Below, piece by piece: positions 7,973 to 18,194 of a DNA stretch of 64,000 nt (the first letter of the stretch is position 1; each line of letters opens with the position of its first letter). The position numbers and the translations under genes were made by a program. Under the pieces are notes generated by a model, which searched no databases, had not been told where the DNA came from, and saw nothing but the letters and a program-made list of their open reading frames with translations. The DNA lies in contig CAWGVS010000010.1 of NCBI GenBank assembly GCA_963826115.1, positions 384,001 to 448,000 on the forward strand, written 5' to 3'. Origin of the DNA: an uncultured Candidatus Rokubacteria bacterium. GTDB lineage: Bacteria; Methylomirabilota; Methylomirabilia; Rokubacteriales; DASRDR01.

Positions 7973-9397
7973 TCAGTCGAGCGGCGGGCGGTGCCCTGCC
8001 CAGGGCTGGAGCGCCTCGAAGCACGCGGAGGCCCGGAGCACGTCGACCTCGCGGTGCCAGCGGCCGACGATCTGGAGCCCGACCGGGAGCTTCTCCCGCG
8101 TGAAGCCGCACGGCACGTTGGCGGCCGGGTAGCCCGTCAGGTTGAACGGGTACATGAACGGCACGCGGTCGAAGATCGAGTGGGCGGGCTTGCCGCCGAG
8201 GTCCTTCAGGCCCTCGAAGGGGCCGGGGTCGGCCGGCCAGGCGGCGACCGGCATCTGCGGCGTCAGGAGCAGCTGGTAGCGGTCGAAGGTCTTCCGCACC
8301 TTCTCGCAGAACTCGGTGCGCGCGAGGTGCGCCTTCAGGTAGTCGATCGCGCTCCACTGACCGGCGTCGAGGATCATGCGCATGAGCGTCGTCTCGATCC
8401 AGTCGGGGCGCTCGCGCGCGCGGTCGTAGTTCCTGGCCGCCACGTTCGATGAGTAGATGATCTTGTGGAACTCGTAGGGATGGCCCCAGTCGACCTTCGC
8501 CTCCTCCACGTGGGCTCCGAGCTCCTCGAACCGGCGCGCCGCGCGGTGGGTGAGCTCGGCGACCTCGGGGTCAACGGACGCGAACCCGAGGTCCACGCTC
8601 CAGCCCACGCGCCAGCCGCGCACGTCGCCCTCGCAGGCGGCGAGGTAGTCCTCGGGGGGCGCGTCGATCGACATGGGGTCGCGCGCATCGGGGCCGGCCA
8701 TGACGTGGAGGAGCAGCGCAGCGTCGCGGACGGTGCGCGTCATCGGGCCGTTGTGGGACCGCGCGCCCCAGAGGTCGGCGCTCGGCCAGTAGGGGACGCG
8801 CGCCAGCGAGGGCTTGAGCCCGAAGATGCCGCAGAGGGCCGAGGGGATCCGGATCGAGCCGGAGCCGTCCGAGCCGTGGGCGAGCGGCCCGAGCCCGGCG
8901 GCCACCGCGGACCCCGCGCCGCCCGAGGAGGCGCCCGACGTGCGCGCGAGGTTCCACGGGTTCTTGCACGGCGGGCCGATCAGGTTGTCGCACATGTCCT
9001 TGTAGCCGAAGTGCGGCGTGTTGGTCTTCCCGAGGATGATGCCGCCGGACCCGCGGAGCCGCGACGCGACCGCGCCGTCCTCGGCGGGCACGTTGTGCTC
9101 GAAGAACTTCGACCCGAATGTCGTCCGGATGCCCGCGGTCGGCTCGAGGTCCTTGATGGAGTAGGGGATCCCGTCGAGCGGCCCCTTCGCCTGGCCGCGC
9201 CCGATCCGCGCCTCGGCCGCGCGGGCCAGCTCGCGCGCATGGTCGGCGGTGACCGTGAGGTAGGCGTTCAGCTTCGGGTTCAGACGCTCGATCCGGGCGA
9301 GCACGGCGTCCGTGACCTCCACGGGTGAGAGCGACTTCGCGCGGTAGAGCCGGCCGAGCTCGAGGGCGGGCGTGTAGGACAGGTCCGTCGCGTTCAT
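7973..9397 (-). CDS. amidase signature family protein
   Basis: GIPYSIKD, GKTNTP, SGASSGG, HGSDGSGSIRIP, LPVGLQIVG; start MNATDL with GAGGAGG RBS. Confidence 0.93.
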   Translation of the reverse strand: MNATDLSYTPALELGRLYRAKSLSPVEVTDAVLARIERLNPKLNAYLTVTADHARELARAAEARIGRGQAKGPLDGIPYSIKDLEPTAGIRTTFGSKFFEHNVPAEDGAVASRLRGSGGIILGKTNTPHFGYKDMCDNLIGPPCKNPWNLARTSGASSGGAGSAVAAGLGPLAHGSDGSGSIRIPSALCGIFGLKPSLARVPYWPSADLWGARSHNGPMTRTVRDAALLLHVMAGPDARDPMSIDAPPEDYLAACEGDVRGWRVGWSVDLGFASVDPEVAELTHRAARRFEELGAHVEEAKVDWGHPYEFHKIIYSSNVAARNYDRARERPDWIETTLMRMILDAGQWSAIDYLKAHLARTEFCEKVRKTFDRYQLLLTPQMPVAAWPADPGPFEGLKDLGGKPAHSIFDRVPFMYPFNLTGYPAANVPCGFTREKLPVGLQIVGRWHREVDVLRASACFEALQPWAGHRPPLD

Positions 9398-9587
9398 CCG
9401 GGGCCTCCTCGGTGTGGTCGACGAAGCGCGGGCGGACGCGCCGTCCGGCGGTCCGCCCGACGAGCCCCAGGGTAGGGCGAGGCCGGACGGCTGTCCAGAG
9501 GGCGGGCGTCTCGCCCGGTCCCGGGGCCGCCCGGGCCGTGCGATGATCGACGGCGCCGTCACTCTCGACCGAACGGAGGCCTGCCCG

Positions 9588-10697
9588 ATGCCCGACGCGA
9601 AGCCCCCCGTGCTGTGTCCGCCGGATCCCCTCCGCGAGTTCGTCGACGCCGTTGCGAGACGCATGGGCGCCGACGCCGACGTCGCGGCGGAGCTGGCGCG
9701 CCACCTGGTCGGCTCGAACCTCGCGGGCCACGACTCGCACGGGGTGATCCGGGTCCCCCAGTACGTGGGCGACATGGACCAGGGTCTGATCGTGCCGAAA
9801 GCCCGCCCCGTCGTCGCCCGGGAGAGCGCCGTGGCAGCCCTCGTCGACGCACACCGCGGGTTCGGCCAGCACTCGACGATGTTCGCCCTCGAGTGGGCGA
9901 TGGCGCGGGCGCGCCAGCATGGCGTCGCGATGGTCGCCGTGCGGCACTCGACCCATATCGGACGGCTCGGCGAGTACGTGGAGCGCACCGCCGACGAGGG
10001 GCTCATCGGGATCGTGACGGTGGGCGCGGTGGGGGACGGCATCGGCGGCGTCGTCCCGTTCGGCGGGCGGACCCGCTTCCTCGGGACGAACCCGTGGGCC
10101 CTGTCGGTGCCGGGGCGCTCGCGCCGGCTGATCTTCGACGCGGCGACGTCCATGCTCGCCGAGGGGAAGGTGCGCGTGGCGCGCGCGGCCGGGAAGCCAT
10201 TGCCGCCCGACGCGATCGTCGACTCCGCGGGACATCCGAGCCGCGATGCCGAGGCGTTCTACGCGGGCGGCGCGCTCCTGCCGCTCGGCGGGCCGCTCGG
10301 CGGGCACAAGGGCTACGGGCTCGGGCTGGCCTCGGCGCTCCTGGGGGCGCTCGGCATGATCGGAGACGGCGACCCCACCCTCGTCGGCGCGGCGCCGCCG
10401 GACTCGACCGACGCGCGCGGACGCGTCGCGGGCGTGTTCCTCGAGGTCGTGGACCCGGCGGCCTTCGGGGACGCCGGCCGCTACGCCGTGCTCGTCGACG
10501 AGGCGCTCGAGGCCGCGAAGCGCCAGCCGCCGGCCGACGGGATCGCCGAGGTGCTGGTGCCCGGCGAGCCGGAGGAGCGCGCTCGCGCCAAGCGGACCCG
10601 CGAGGGCGTCCCGCTCCCGGCGGCGACGTGGGCGGAACTGGGGAGGGTCGCGGCCCGCTTTGGCGTGTCCCTGCCGCCGTCGCGTGCCGGCGCGTGA
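9588..10697 (+). CDS. Ldh_2 family (malate/L-lactate/ureidoglycolate) dehydrogenase
   Basis: GHDSHG, HIGRLG, GTNP, D.ATS, HKGYGL, VLVPGE motifs; GGAGG RBS. Confidence 0.9.
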   Translation: MPDAKPPVLCPPDPLREFVDAVARRMGADADVAAELARHLVGSNLAGHDSHGVIRVPQYVGDMDQGLIVPKARPVVARESAVAALVDAHRGFGQHSTMFALEWAMARARQHGVAMVAVRHSTHIGRLGEYVERTADEGLIGIVTVGAVGDGIGGVVPFGGRTRFLGTNPWALSVPGRSRRLIFDAATSMLAEGKVRVARAAGKPLPPDAIVDSAGHPSRDAEAFYAGGALLPLGGPLGGHKGYGLGLASALLGALGMIGDGDPTLVGAAPPDSTDARGRVAGVFLEVVDPAAFGDAGRYAVLVDEALEAAKRQPPADGIAEVLVPGEPEERARAKRTREGVPLPAATWAELGRVAARFGVSLPPSRAGA

Positions 10698-10707
10698 GCG
10701 GTGACTC

Positions 10708-11031
10708 CTACCGCGCGCCGGGCGCCTGGTAGCCGACGGTCTTCTTGACCGCCTGGTCCACCTCCTCCGGCGTGATGAGCACGATCGTCTTGACACGGAC
10801 GGCACCGCTGGCCGCAACCGTCAGGGAGACGGCCGTCGCGCTCGCCGAGTCCGGCAGATCGACGATCACGAACGCGTCGGAATCGCCGTAGGCAAAGTAG
10901 AAGGCCTCGACACGGCCCCCGAGGCCCTTCGCGAGCGCCTCGATCGCGGCCCGGCGCTTGGAGCCGCCGTCCTTCAGGAGACCCTGGGCGCCTTCGTGTG
11001 TGTAGGACGCCTCGAAGAGATACTTGGGCAT
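10708..11031 (-). CDS. GYD domain protein
   Basis: YLFEASYT..G..GL, GG..EAFYFAYG..D pattern. Confidence 0.85.
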   Translation of the reverse strand: MPKYLFEASYTHEGAQGLLKDGGSKRRAAIEALAKGLGGRVEAFYFAYGDSDAFVIVDLPDSASATAVSLTVAASGAVRVKTIVLITPEEVDQAVKKTVGYQAPGAR

Positions 11032-11167
11032 CGCGCACCTCCCGCGCGTCGGGACGACGCGCTTCTCGGTTGGGATCCCGCGGCTGGCAACGTCCTCGTC
11101 GGGAAGACTGACAGTAGCGCGAACGGGCAGTCGGGGCCAGGGCCTCCGGCGCCGCGCGCCGGCGTGG

Positions 11168-12040
11168 TCAGCCCCGGCCGAGGACCAGGATGACGATGCC
11201 GGCCAGCATGACGGCGCACCCGAGCCAGATCTGGCGGATGCGGGCGCCCTCGCCGAACATGAGCCAGCCGATCACCAGGGCCAGGATGATCTCGATCTGC
11301 TTCACGGCCTCGACGTAGGAGCTCACCGTCATCGTGTAGGCCGTCGTGCCGAGCTGGGTCGACAGGGCGGCGAAGGCGCCCAGGCCGATGAAGCCGAGCC
11401 AGTGCTGGCCGATCTGGCGGAAGTGGCGGGCCGAGCGGTAGAGCACCCAGGGCGTGATCAGGATCGAGCAGAAGAGGTAGCCCATGAACACCGCGTAGGC
11501 GGGGTTCGACAGGAGCGCCATCTTCTTGATGAGCACGACCGACGGCGCGTAGAACAGCGCGGCCCCGAGCGTGTAGCGCTGGCCGGGATCGCGCACCAGC
11601 GAGACGAGCGGCGCCCAGAGCGACACGCGCGCCCGGCCCACGTTGATCAGGTAGACGCCGGCGACGGCGACGAGCACCCCGATCACGCCCGTCAGGGACG
11701 GCTCCTCGCCGAGGAACAGGTACCCCCAGACGACGAGCAGGACGACGGACAGCTTCCACAGCGCCGTGACCAGGGAGATCTCGGCGACCTTGAGCGCGAG
11801 GGCGAGGCACTGGGTGCCCGTGATCTGCGTCACGGCGAAGAGGAAGCAGTACCAGTAGATCCCGGGCTGACGCGGCGGCAGCCCATAGGTGACGAGGGGG
11901 ATCGCGGCGAACGGCAGGATGAAGGTGAAGCGGCCCCAGACGTTGATCGTCTCGTCGAGGGCGTGACCGAGCCGCTTCATCACCATGTTCCGCAGCACCT
12001 GGAACAGGGCGCTGCCGATCGAGAGCACGAACCAGGTCAC
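11168..12040 (-). CDS. DMT/EamA family transporter
   Basis: About 10 TM segments, two repeats ending in FLGE and FGE. Confidence 0.85.
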   Translation of the reverse strand: MTWFVLSIGSALFQVLRNMVMKRLGHALDETINVWGRFTFILPFAAIPLVTYGLPPRQPGIYWYCFLFAVTQITGTQCLALALKVAEISLVTALWKLSVVLLVVWGYLFLGEEPSLTGVIGVLVAVAGVYLINVGRARVSLWAPLVSLVRDPGQRYTLGAALFYAPSVVLIKKMALLSNPAYAVFMGYLFCSILITPWVLYRSARHFRQIGQHWLGFIGLGAFAALSTQLGTTAYTMTVSSYVEAVKQIEIILALVIGWLMFGEGARIRQIWLGCAVMLAGIVILVLGRG

Positions 12041-12196
12041 CGAGTCCCTCCGCGCGTCGCCGCCCTTTCGCCGGGCGGCGTGCCGCCGGCCATCCTAGGG
12101 TAGACGGTGGCCGGCGTCGACCCCGGGAATCCGGTGTCGGGACTTTCCCTACGTTGACAGCCCGTTCCCCCCGGGGAGACCTTCAGCCCGGCGGTC

Positions 12197-12493
12197 GTGA
12201 GCTTCCACGAGACCGGCCAGAACCCGTACAGGGGCGACCCGGCGGCGCTCGCGGACGGCAAGCGTCTCTACGAGACGTGGTGCCAGTCGTGCCACATGCC
12301 CGACGGGTCGGGCCGGATCGGACCGAGCCTGATCGGGTCGCAGCATCTCCACGCGCGGTCGGCCACCGACGTCGGGTTCTTCGAGGCCGTGCTGGGCGGA
12401 TCGCTGGGCGCGATGCAGTCGTTCCGGGACCGCCTCACGCAGGACGAGATCCTGCGGGTGGTCGCCTACGTGCGGAGCCTGCGGCCCTCTTGA
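12197..12493 (+). CDS. cytochrome c, cytochrome cL (MxaG/XoxG)-like, no signal peptide (5'-truncated or frameshifted)
   Basis: CQSCH heme motif; AV..F.ETGQNPY, GPSL, TDVG.F..V.GG, LT.DE.L resemble cytochrome cL; in-frame TGA at 12155-12157 upstream. Confidence 0.65.
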   Translation: MSFHETGQNPYRGDPAALADGKRLYETWCQSCHMPDGSGRIGPSLIGSQHLHARSATDVGFFEAVLGGSLGAMQSFRDRLTQDEILRVVAYVRSLRPS

Positions 12494-12590
12494 CGGCTAT
12501 TCGCGTGTCGGTCATGGTGGCTGCGTTCTAGTTCGATGTCGTGCGGAATTAATACCCACCCGTTTCGTGCGCGGAGGAGGACTCAGGGCA

Positions 12591-13874
12591 ATGAAGCTCA
12601 TCGCCACCATCCTCATGGTCCTCATGGCCGGGAGTCTCGCGGCCGGCGTCGCGTCCGCCGAGATGACCGTTAACCTCCAGGTCGCTGCCGATGGATTGAC
12701 CGGGCCGCTCAACATGGTGACGCCGCCCGACGGCAGCAAGCGACGGTTCATCACCGAGCAGATCGGCGTGATCAGGATCTTGATGCCCGACGGGAAGATG
12801 CTGGACGAGCCGTTCCTCAACATCCGCCACCGGATCCCGAAGCTCCACCAGGACTTCGATGAGCGCGGCCTGCTCGGCCTCGCCTTCCATCCGGACTTCA
12901 AGAACAACGGACGCTTTTTCGTCGCCTATAGCGGTCTCCTGCCCGGGGATTCCACGCTCGACAAGGTCGTGTGGTACGACCACACGAACTACGTTGCCGA
13001 GTACCGCGTCTCCAAGAGCGACCCCAATCGGGCCGACCAGATGAGCGAGCGGATCCTGAGCAAGATCGACTGGCCGCAGTTCAACCACAACGGCCACTGG
13101 ATCGGGTTCGGGCCCGACGGGTTCCTGTACGTCTCGACCGGCGACGGCGGCTACGCGAACGACTGGGGCATCGGCCACAACGTCACGAAGGGGAACGGCC
13201 AGGACCTGATGTCGCTCAACGGCAAGGTCCTCCGGATCGACGTCAACGGCGCGGAGCCGTACGCGATCCCTCCGGACAACCCGTTCGTGGGCCGGCAGGA
13301 CGCCAAGGCCGAGATCTGGGCGTACGGATTCCGCAATCCCTGGCGCTGCTCGTTCGACATGGGCGGCGGCAAGGAGCTGTACTGCGCCGACGTCGGGCAG
13401 AACTCGTTCGAGGAGGTCAACGTCGTCACCAAGGGCGGGAACTACGGCTGGCGGATGAGGGAAGGCAAGCACTGCTTCGACTACGTCAACCCGAACACCC
13501 ACCTGCCGTCCTGCGACTCGGCGGGGATGGTCGATCCGATCTTCGAGTACAGCAACTGCAACGTGACCCAGGACTGCAAGGGCCTCTCGATCACGGGCGG
13601 CGCCGTCTACCGCGGGAGCCACGGGCCCTGGCAGGGGAAGTACTTCTTCGGTGACTGGAGCAAGCAGTTCGGCCTCCGGGACGGCCGCCTCTACGTCGCG
13701 ACCAACAACGGCGGCACCTGGACGATGGAGGACGTGAAGGTCGCCAACATGCCGACCTTCAACTCCTATGTCCTCGCCTTCGGCCAGGACGCGGACGGCG
13801 AGGTGTACGTGCTGACGCAGGACACCACCGGGCCGGTTGGCGGCCTGGCGAAGATCTACAAGATCACCCCGTAG
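12591..13874 (+). CDS. secreted PQQ-dependent sugar dehydrogenase (glucose/sorbosone dehydrogenase beta-propeller)
   Basis: Signal peptide; ERGLLGLAFHPDF, NHNG, FGPDG.LY, GKVLRID, GFRNPWR, DVGQ, GGNYGW; GGAGGAGG RBS. Confidence 0.9.
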   Translation: MKLIATILMVLMAGSLAAGVASAEMTVNLQVAADGLTGPLNMVTPPDGSKRRFITEQIGVIRILMPDGKMLDEPFLNIRHRIPKLHQDFDERGLLGLAFHPDFKNNGRFFVAYSGLLPGDSTLDKVVWYDHTNYVAEYRVSKSDPNRADQMSERILSKIDWPQFNHNGHWIGFGPDGFLYVSTGDGGYANDWGIGHNVTKGNGQDLMSLNGKVLRIDVNGAEPYAIPPDNPFVGRQDAKAEIWAYGFRNPWRCSFDMGGGKELYCADVGQNSFEEVNVVTKGGNYGWRMREGKHCFDYVNPNTHLPSCDSAGMVDPIFEYSNCNVTQDCKGLSITGGAVYRGSHGPWQGKYFFGDWSKQFGLRDGRLYVATNNGGTWTMEDVKVANMPTFNSYVLAFGQDADGEVYVLTQDTTGPVGGLAKIYKITP

Positions 13875-13924
13875 GACGGACGCGACACGGGGCCCGGCCC
13901 AGCGCCGGGCCTCGTGACCTCACC

Positions 13925-14332
13925 ATGCGACGCTTCGCGTCCCTCGGCCTGACCATCGTCGCCGCGCTCGGCGCGTGGGGGCTCCTTGCCGCGCCCGGCG
14001 CGGCCCAGACGCCGGCGCCCCCGGCGCCGCCCGCCCCGGCGTCGACGGTCGGGCCGGCCCCGCCCGCCCAGTTCACCCCGGACTTCCTGGCCGACGCGAA
14101 GAACGTCAAGCAGGGCCGCGAGGTCTGGCAGGCGCGCTGCCAGTTCTGCCACGGGAAGATGGCGTACCCGGGCAAGGCGCCGAAGCTCCAGCCGTCGCGC
14201 TACACGCCCGACTTCGTCTACGACCGCGTCGCGAACGGCTTCCAGGGCATGCCGCCGTGGCGGCACGAGTTCTCGGTGGACCAGCTGAAGTCGGTCGTCG
14301 CCTACGTGCTCAGCCGCGAGTTCCCCAACTGA
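13925..14332 (+). CDS. periplasmic monoheme cytochrome c
   Basis: Signal peptide, Pro/Ala linker, CQFCH, distal GMPPW. Confidence 0.9.
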   Translation: MRRFASLGLTIVAALGAWGLLAAPGAAQTPAPPAPPAPASTVGPAPPAQFTPDFLADAKNVKQGREVWQARCQFCHGKMAYPGKAPKLQPSRYTPDFVYDRVANGFQGMPPWRHEFSVDQLKSVVAYVLSREFPN

Positions 14333-14337
14333 CGCGC

Positions 14338-15504
14338 ATGCCCCCGATCCTCCAGAAGATCACCGTCCCCTACGAGTATCCGGTCTACTTCACGGTCGAC
14401 GTCTTCGACCCGGGGAATCCGGACCTCGTCGAGGCGCTCGCGCGGAAGGAGCCGGGCCGCCGGCATCGCCTGTTCGTGGTGGTGGAGCGCGTCATCGCCG
14501 AGGCGTGGCCGGGGCTCTCGGCCACGATCGAGCGCTACGCCGAGCGGCACGCCGACCGGCTCGAGCTCGTCGCGCCGCCCTGGATCGTCGAGGGCGGCGA
14601 GGCCGTGAAGAACGACCCCGCGCCGCTGGCGGCCCTCCAGACCGTGCTCCATGCGCTCCGCCTGGATCGCCAGTCCTACGTGGCGATCGTGGGCGGCGGG
14701 GCCCTGCTGGACGCCGCGGGCTATGCCGCGGCGACCGCGCACCGCGGGATCCGGACGGTCCGGCTGCCGACCACGGTGCTGGCCCAGGGGGACTCGGGCG
14801 TCGGGGTGAAGAACGGCGTCAACGCCTTCGGGGTCAAGAACTTCCTGGGGACGTTCGTTCCACCCTTCGCCGTGCTGAACGACCGGCGGTTCCTCGAGAG
14901 CCTGGGCCGGCGGGACACCATCGCCGGCATGGCGGAGGCGGTCAAGGTCGCGCTGATCCGGGACCCCGACTTCTTCACGTGGCTCGAGACGCGCGCGGAC
15001 GCGCTCGCCGCGTGCGACCCGGAGGCCGTGAGCGAGCTGGTCCGCCGGGGCGCCATGCTCCACCTCGAGCACATCGCGTCCTCGGGCGACCCGTTCGAGA
15101 TGGGGAGCGCGCGGCCGCTCGACTTCGGACACTGGGCGGCCCACCGGCTCGAGTCGCTGACCCGGAACCGCCTCCGCCATGGCGAGGCGGTCGCCATCGG
15201 CATCGCGCTCGACACCCTGTACTCCCGCGCCGTCGGGCTCCTGCCGGCGCCGGCGGTCGAGCGCGCGCTGGCGCTCCTCGGGCGGATCGGGCTCCCGCGC
15301 TGGGACGAGGCGCTCGATCTGCGGGACCCCGCCGGGCGGCCCGTCATCCTCGACGGACTGGCGGAGTTCCGGGAGCACCTCGGGGGCGAGCTCACCGTCA
15401 CCCTCCTGGCCGCGATCGGCCGGGGCGTCGAGGTGCACGAGATGCGCGAGCCTCTGGTGGTGGGCGCCCTCGACGAGCTCCGCCGCCGCCACGGCCGGCC
15501 GTGA
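14338..15504 (+). CDS. eboD: 3-dehydroquinate synthase-like sugar phosphate cyclase of the ebo cluster
   Basis: GGEAVKN, GGGALLD, HRGIR..RLPTTVLAQ.DSGVGVKN, PFE.GSARPLDFGHWAAH, GLAEFREHLGG. Confidence 0.85.
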   Translation: MPPILQKITVPYEYPVYFTVDVFDPGNPDLVEALARKEPGRRHRLFVVVERVIAEAWPGLSATIERYAERHADRLELVAPPWIVEGGEAVKNDPAPLAALQTVLHALRLDRQSYVAIVGGGALLDAAGYAAATAHRGIRTVRLPTTVLAQGDSGVGVKNGVNAFGVKNFLGTFVPPFAVLNDRRFLESLGRRDTIAGMAEAVKVALIRDPDFFTWLETRADALAACDPEAVSELVRRGAMLHLEHIASSGDPFEMGSARPLDFGHWAAHRLESLTRNRLRHGEAVAIGIALDTLYSRAVGLLPAPAVERALALLGRIGLPRWDEALDLRDPAGRPVILDGLAEFREHLGGELTVTLLAAIGRGVEVHEMREPLVVGALDELRRRHGRP

Positions 15505-16709
15505 AGCTCGCCGCTCCCGGCGGCCCGCATCTGACGTACTGCACGAACATCCATCCCGGCGAGACCTGGGCCGAGGTGCGCGCGAACCTCGAGCGGCACG
15601 TCGTGCGGGTCAAGGCCGCGGTCGCGCCGGACCGGCCATTCGGCGTGGGCCTCCGGTTGTCCGCGGTGGCGGCGGCCGCGCTCGCCGAGGCGCAGGAGCT
15701 CGAGCGCTTCCGGAGCTTCCTCCATGATCATGGCCTCTACGTCTTCACCATCAACGGCTTCCCGTACGGCCCGTTCCACGGGACGCGCGTGAAGGAGGAC
15801 GTGTACCTCCCCGACTGGCTCGACGACGCGCGGCTCCAGTACACCGACCAGCTGGCCGAGCTGCTCGCTGCGCTCCTGCCCGACGGCCTCGAGGGGACGG
15901 TCAGCACGGTGCCCGGCGCCTTCAAGGGACGCGTCCGCGGCGCGGCCGACGAGGCGCGGATGGCCGAGGTCATGGTCCGGCACGCCGCCGGGCTCCACCG
16001 GCTCCGCGAGCGCACCGGCCGGATGGTCTCGCTCGCGCTCGAGCCCGAGCCGTGCTGCCACATGGAGACCGTGGACGAGACGGTCCGCTTCTTCGAGGGA
16101 CACCTGTTCGCCGCGCCGACCGTCGCCCTCTTCGGGCGCCTCACGGGCCTCGGACACGGCGAGAGCGAGGCGGCCCTCCGGCGCCACCTCGGCGTCTGCT
16201 TCGACGCCTGCCACATGGCCGTGGAGTTCGAGGACGCCGCGGCCGGACTGGCCGCGTTCCGGAAGGCGGGCATCCGGATCGGCAAGGTGCAGGTGAGCGC
16301 GGGCCTCCGCGTGAGGATGGATCCGGGGGACCGCGCGCTCGTGGCCGCGCTCCGGCCGTTCGCCGAGGGCGTCTATCTCCACCAGGTCGTCGAGCGGCGC
16401 GACGGTCGGCTCGTCCGCTACCTGGACCTGCCGGAGGCGCTGGAGGCGGCCGCGCGCGACGGCGGCGGCGTGCGCGAGTGGCGCATCCACTTCCACGTCC
16501 CGCTCTTCCGCGAGGAGCTCGGCCCGTTCGCGAGCACGCAGGACTACCTGCGCGGCGTGCTCGAGCTCCTCCGCCACGAGGCTCACACGCCGCACCTCGA
16601 GGTCGAGACGTACACGTGGGACGTCCTGCCCGAGGCGTTCCGGCGCGAGGACATCGTGGCCGCGGTGGCGCGCGAGCTCCAGTGGGTGCTCGGCGTGCTG
16701 CGGGGATGA
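15501..16709 (+). CDS. eboE: EboE TIM-barrel (xylose isomerase-like) protein
   Basis: HLTYCTNIHPGETW, TINGFPYGPFH...VKEDVY.PDW, LEPEP, WRIHFHVP, HLEVETYTW; GTGA overlap with eboD. Confidence 0.9.
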   Translation: MKLAAPGGPHLTYCTNIHPGETWAEVRANLERHVVRVKAAVAPDRPFGVGLRLSAVAAAALAEAQELERFRSFLHDHGLYVFTINGFPYGPFHGTRVKEDVYLPDWLDDARLQYTDQLAELLAALLPDGLEGTVSTVPGAFKGRVRGAADEARMAEVMVRHAAGLHRLRERTGRMVSLALEPEPCCHMETVDETVRFFEGHLFAAPTVALFGRLTGLGHGESEAALRRHLGVCFDACHMAVEFEDAAAGLAAFRKAGIRIGKVQVSAGLRVRMDPGDRALVAALRPFAEGVYLHQVVERRDGRLVRYLDLPEALEAAARDGGGVREWRIHFHVPLFREELGPFASTQDYLRGVLELLRHEAHTPHLEVETYTWDVLPEAFRREDIVAAVARELQWVLGVLRG

Positions 16710-17613
16710 GCCCGGCCGCCGTCGCGTCGGGCCCCGCCGCGAGCCGCTGGCGGGACTACCTCCTCCTCGGGCGCGTCTCCAACCTGCCGACGGTCTGGAC
16801 CAACACGCTCGCCGGCGCCGCGCTGTCCGGCGCGGACGCGGGCCCCGGCCAGCTCGCGCTCCTCGCGCTCGCGTTCTCGCTCCTCTATACGGGCGGCATG
16901 TACCTGAACGACGCCTTCGACCGCGACGTCGACCGGCGCGAGCGGCCCGAGCGGCCGATCCCGGCGGGCCGGATCGGGGCCGGCCGGGTCTTCCGCATCG
17001 GCTACGCGCTGCTCGCGGGAGGGGTCCTGGTCGTGGCGGTCGGGGCTCGCGGGCCGGGCGGCGGCGGGATCGGGGCGGTGGGCGCGGGCATCCTCCTGGC
17101 GGGTGTGATCACGGCGTACGACGCCTGGCACAAGGCGAACCCGCTGAGCCCGGTGGTGATGGGTCTGTGCCGCGTTCTCGTCTACGTCACCGCCGCCCTG
17201 GCGGTGTCGGGACGCGTGGCGCCCGGCGGTGACCGGCGGGGCGGTCGTCCTCCTCGGCTACCTGATCGGCCTCACGTACGCGGCCAAGCAGGAGAACCTC
17301 GCCGCGGTCCAGAACCTCTGGCCGCTCGCGCTCCTGGCGGCGCCCTTCGCGTACGCGGCCCCGACACTCCTGGCCGGAGGCGCCGGGGCGCTCCTCTATC
17401 GTCGGCTTCCTCGGGTGGGTGGTCTTCGCGGTGAGCCTGCTGGTGCGCCCGGGACACCGCGACATCCGGCGCGCGGTCGTGAGCCTGATCGCCGGCATCT
17501 CGCTCCTCGACGCGGTCCTGATCGCGGGGGTCGGCGACCCGGCCCGTGCCCTGTGGGCCGTCGCCGGTTTCGCGCTCACCCTCGCCTTTCAGCGCTGGGT
17601 GCCGGGGACCTGA
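16706..17613 (+). CDS. eboC: UbiA family prenyltransferase EboC, interrupted by two +1 frameshifts (~17223, ~17400)
   Basis: GRVSNLPTVW, GGMYLND.FD..D..ERPERPIP, YD..HK, MGLCR; continues in the frames of ORFs 17229 and 17419 (RAVVSLIAGISLLDA). Confidence 0.8.
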
Positions 17614-17682
17614 GGCGTCTCCCGGTGGCGCGTCGCCGGGGGCGGCCGCATACTGGGACCGATCGCTGACACGGAGGTCGCC

Positions 17683-18177
17683 ATGCACGCAGCCTCGCTC
17701 GCCGACGCCGTTCGCCGGACCCTCTCGGACAGCACGGGACCCGAGCGCTTCGGGGGCGCGCTGGCCGCCGTCGTCCGCCACTTCGGCGCCGACATGGGCA
17801 TGATCCACCGGCTCAACCCGGCCGACCAGCACCTCGACCTGGTGGCGACGACCGCGGGCGTGCCCGAGCCCGTTCTCCAGGCGGCGCGGCGGATCCCGCT
17901 CGGCAAGGGCATCGCCGGCGAGACCGCGCTGACCGGGAAGCCCGTGTCGATGTGCAATCTCCAGACGGACACGAGCGGCGTGGCGCGGCCGGGCGCGAAG
18001 GCCACCGGGGCCCAGGGCACGCTCTGCGTGCCCGTGTTCCGGAGCGACCAGGTCGTCGGCACCCTCGGCATCGGCGTCCGCGGAGAGCGCACGTTCACCG
18101 AGGCGGAGACGGAGGAGTTGCTCGCCGCCGGCCGCGCGCTGGCGAGCCCCCTCGCGCAGCAGGGCTCGGGCGCCTAA
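17683..18177 (+). CDS. stand-alone GAF domain protein
   Basis: RIPLGKGIAG.TA, LCVPVF..DQVVGTL, FTEAE; GGAGG RBS. Confidence 0.85.
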   Translation: MHAASLADAVRRTLSDSTGPERFGGALAAVVRHFGADMGMIHRLNPADQHLDLVATTAGVPEPVLQAARRIPLGKGIAGETALTGKPVSMCNLQTDTSGVARPGAKATGAQGTLCVPVFRSDQVVGTLGIGVRGERTFTEAETEELLAAGRALASPLAQQGSGA

Positions 18178-18194
18178 CGAGGCGGGGGCTTCCT

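Noticed and set aside
12155-12157. Second selenocysteine codon upstream of the cytochrome
   Set aside because: Not at a conserved Cys position, and read-through gives no signal peptide or clear start
14338-15504. Housekeeping aroB
   Set aside because: Motifs and coupling to eboE/eboC indicate the EboD paralogue
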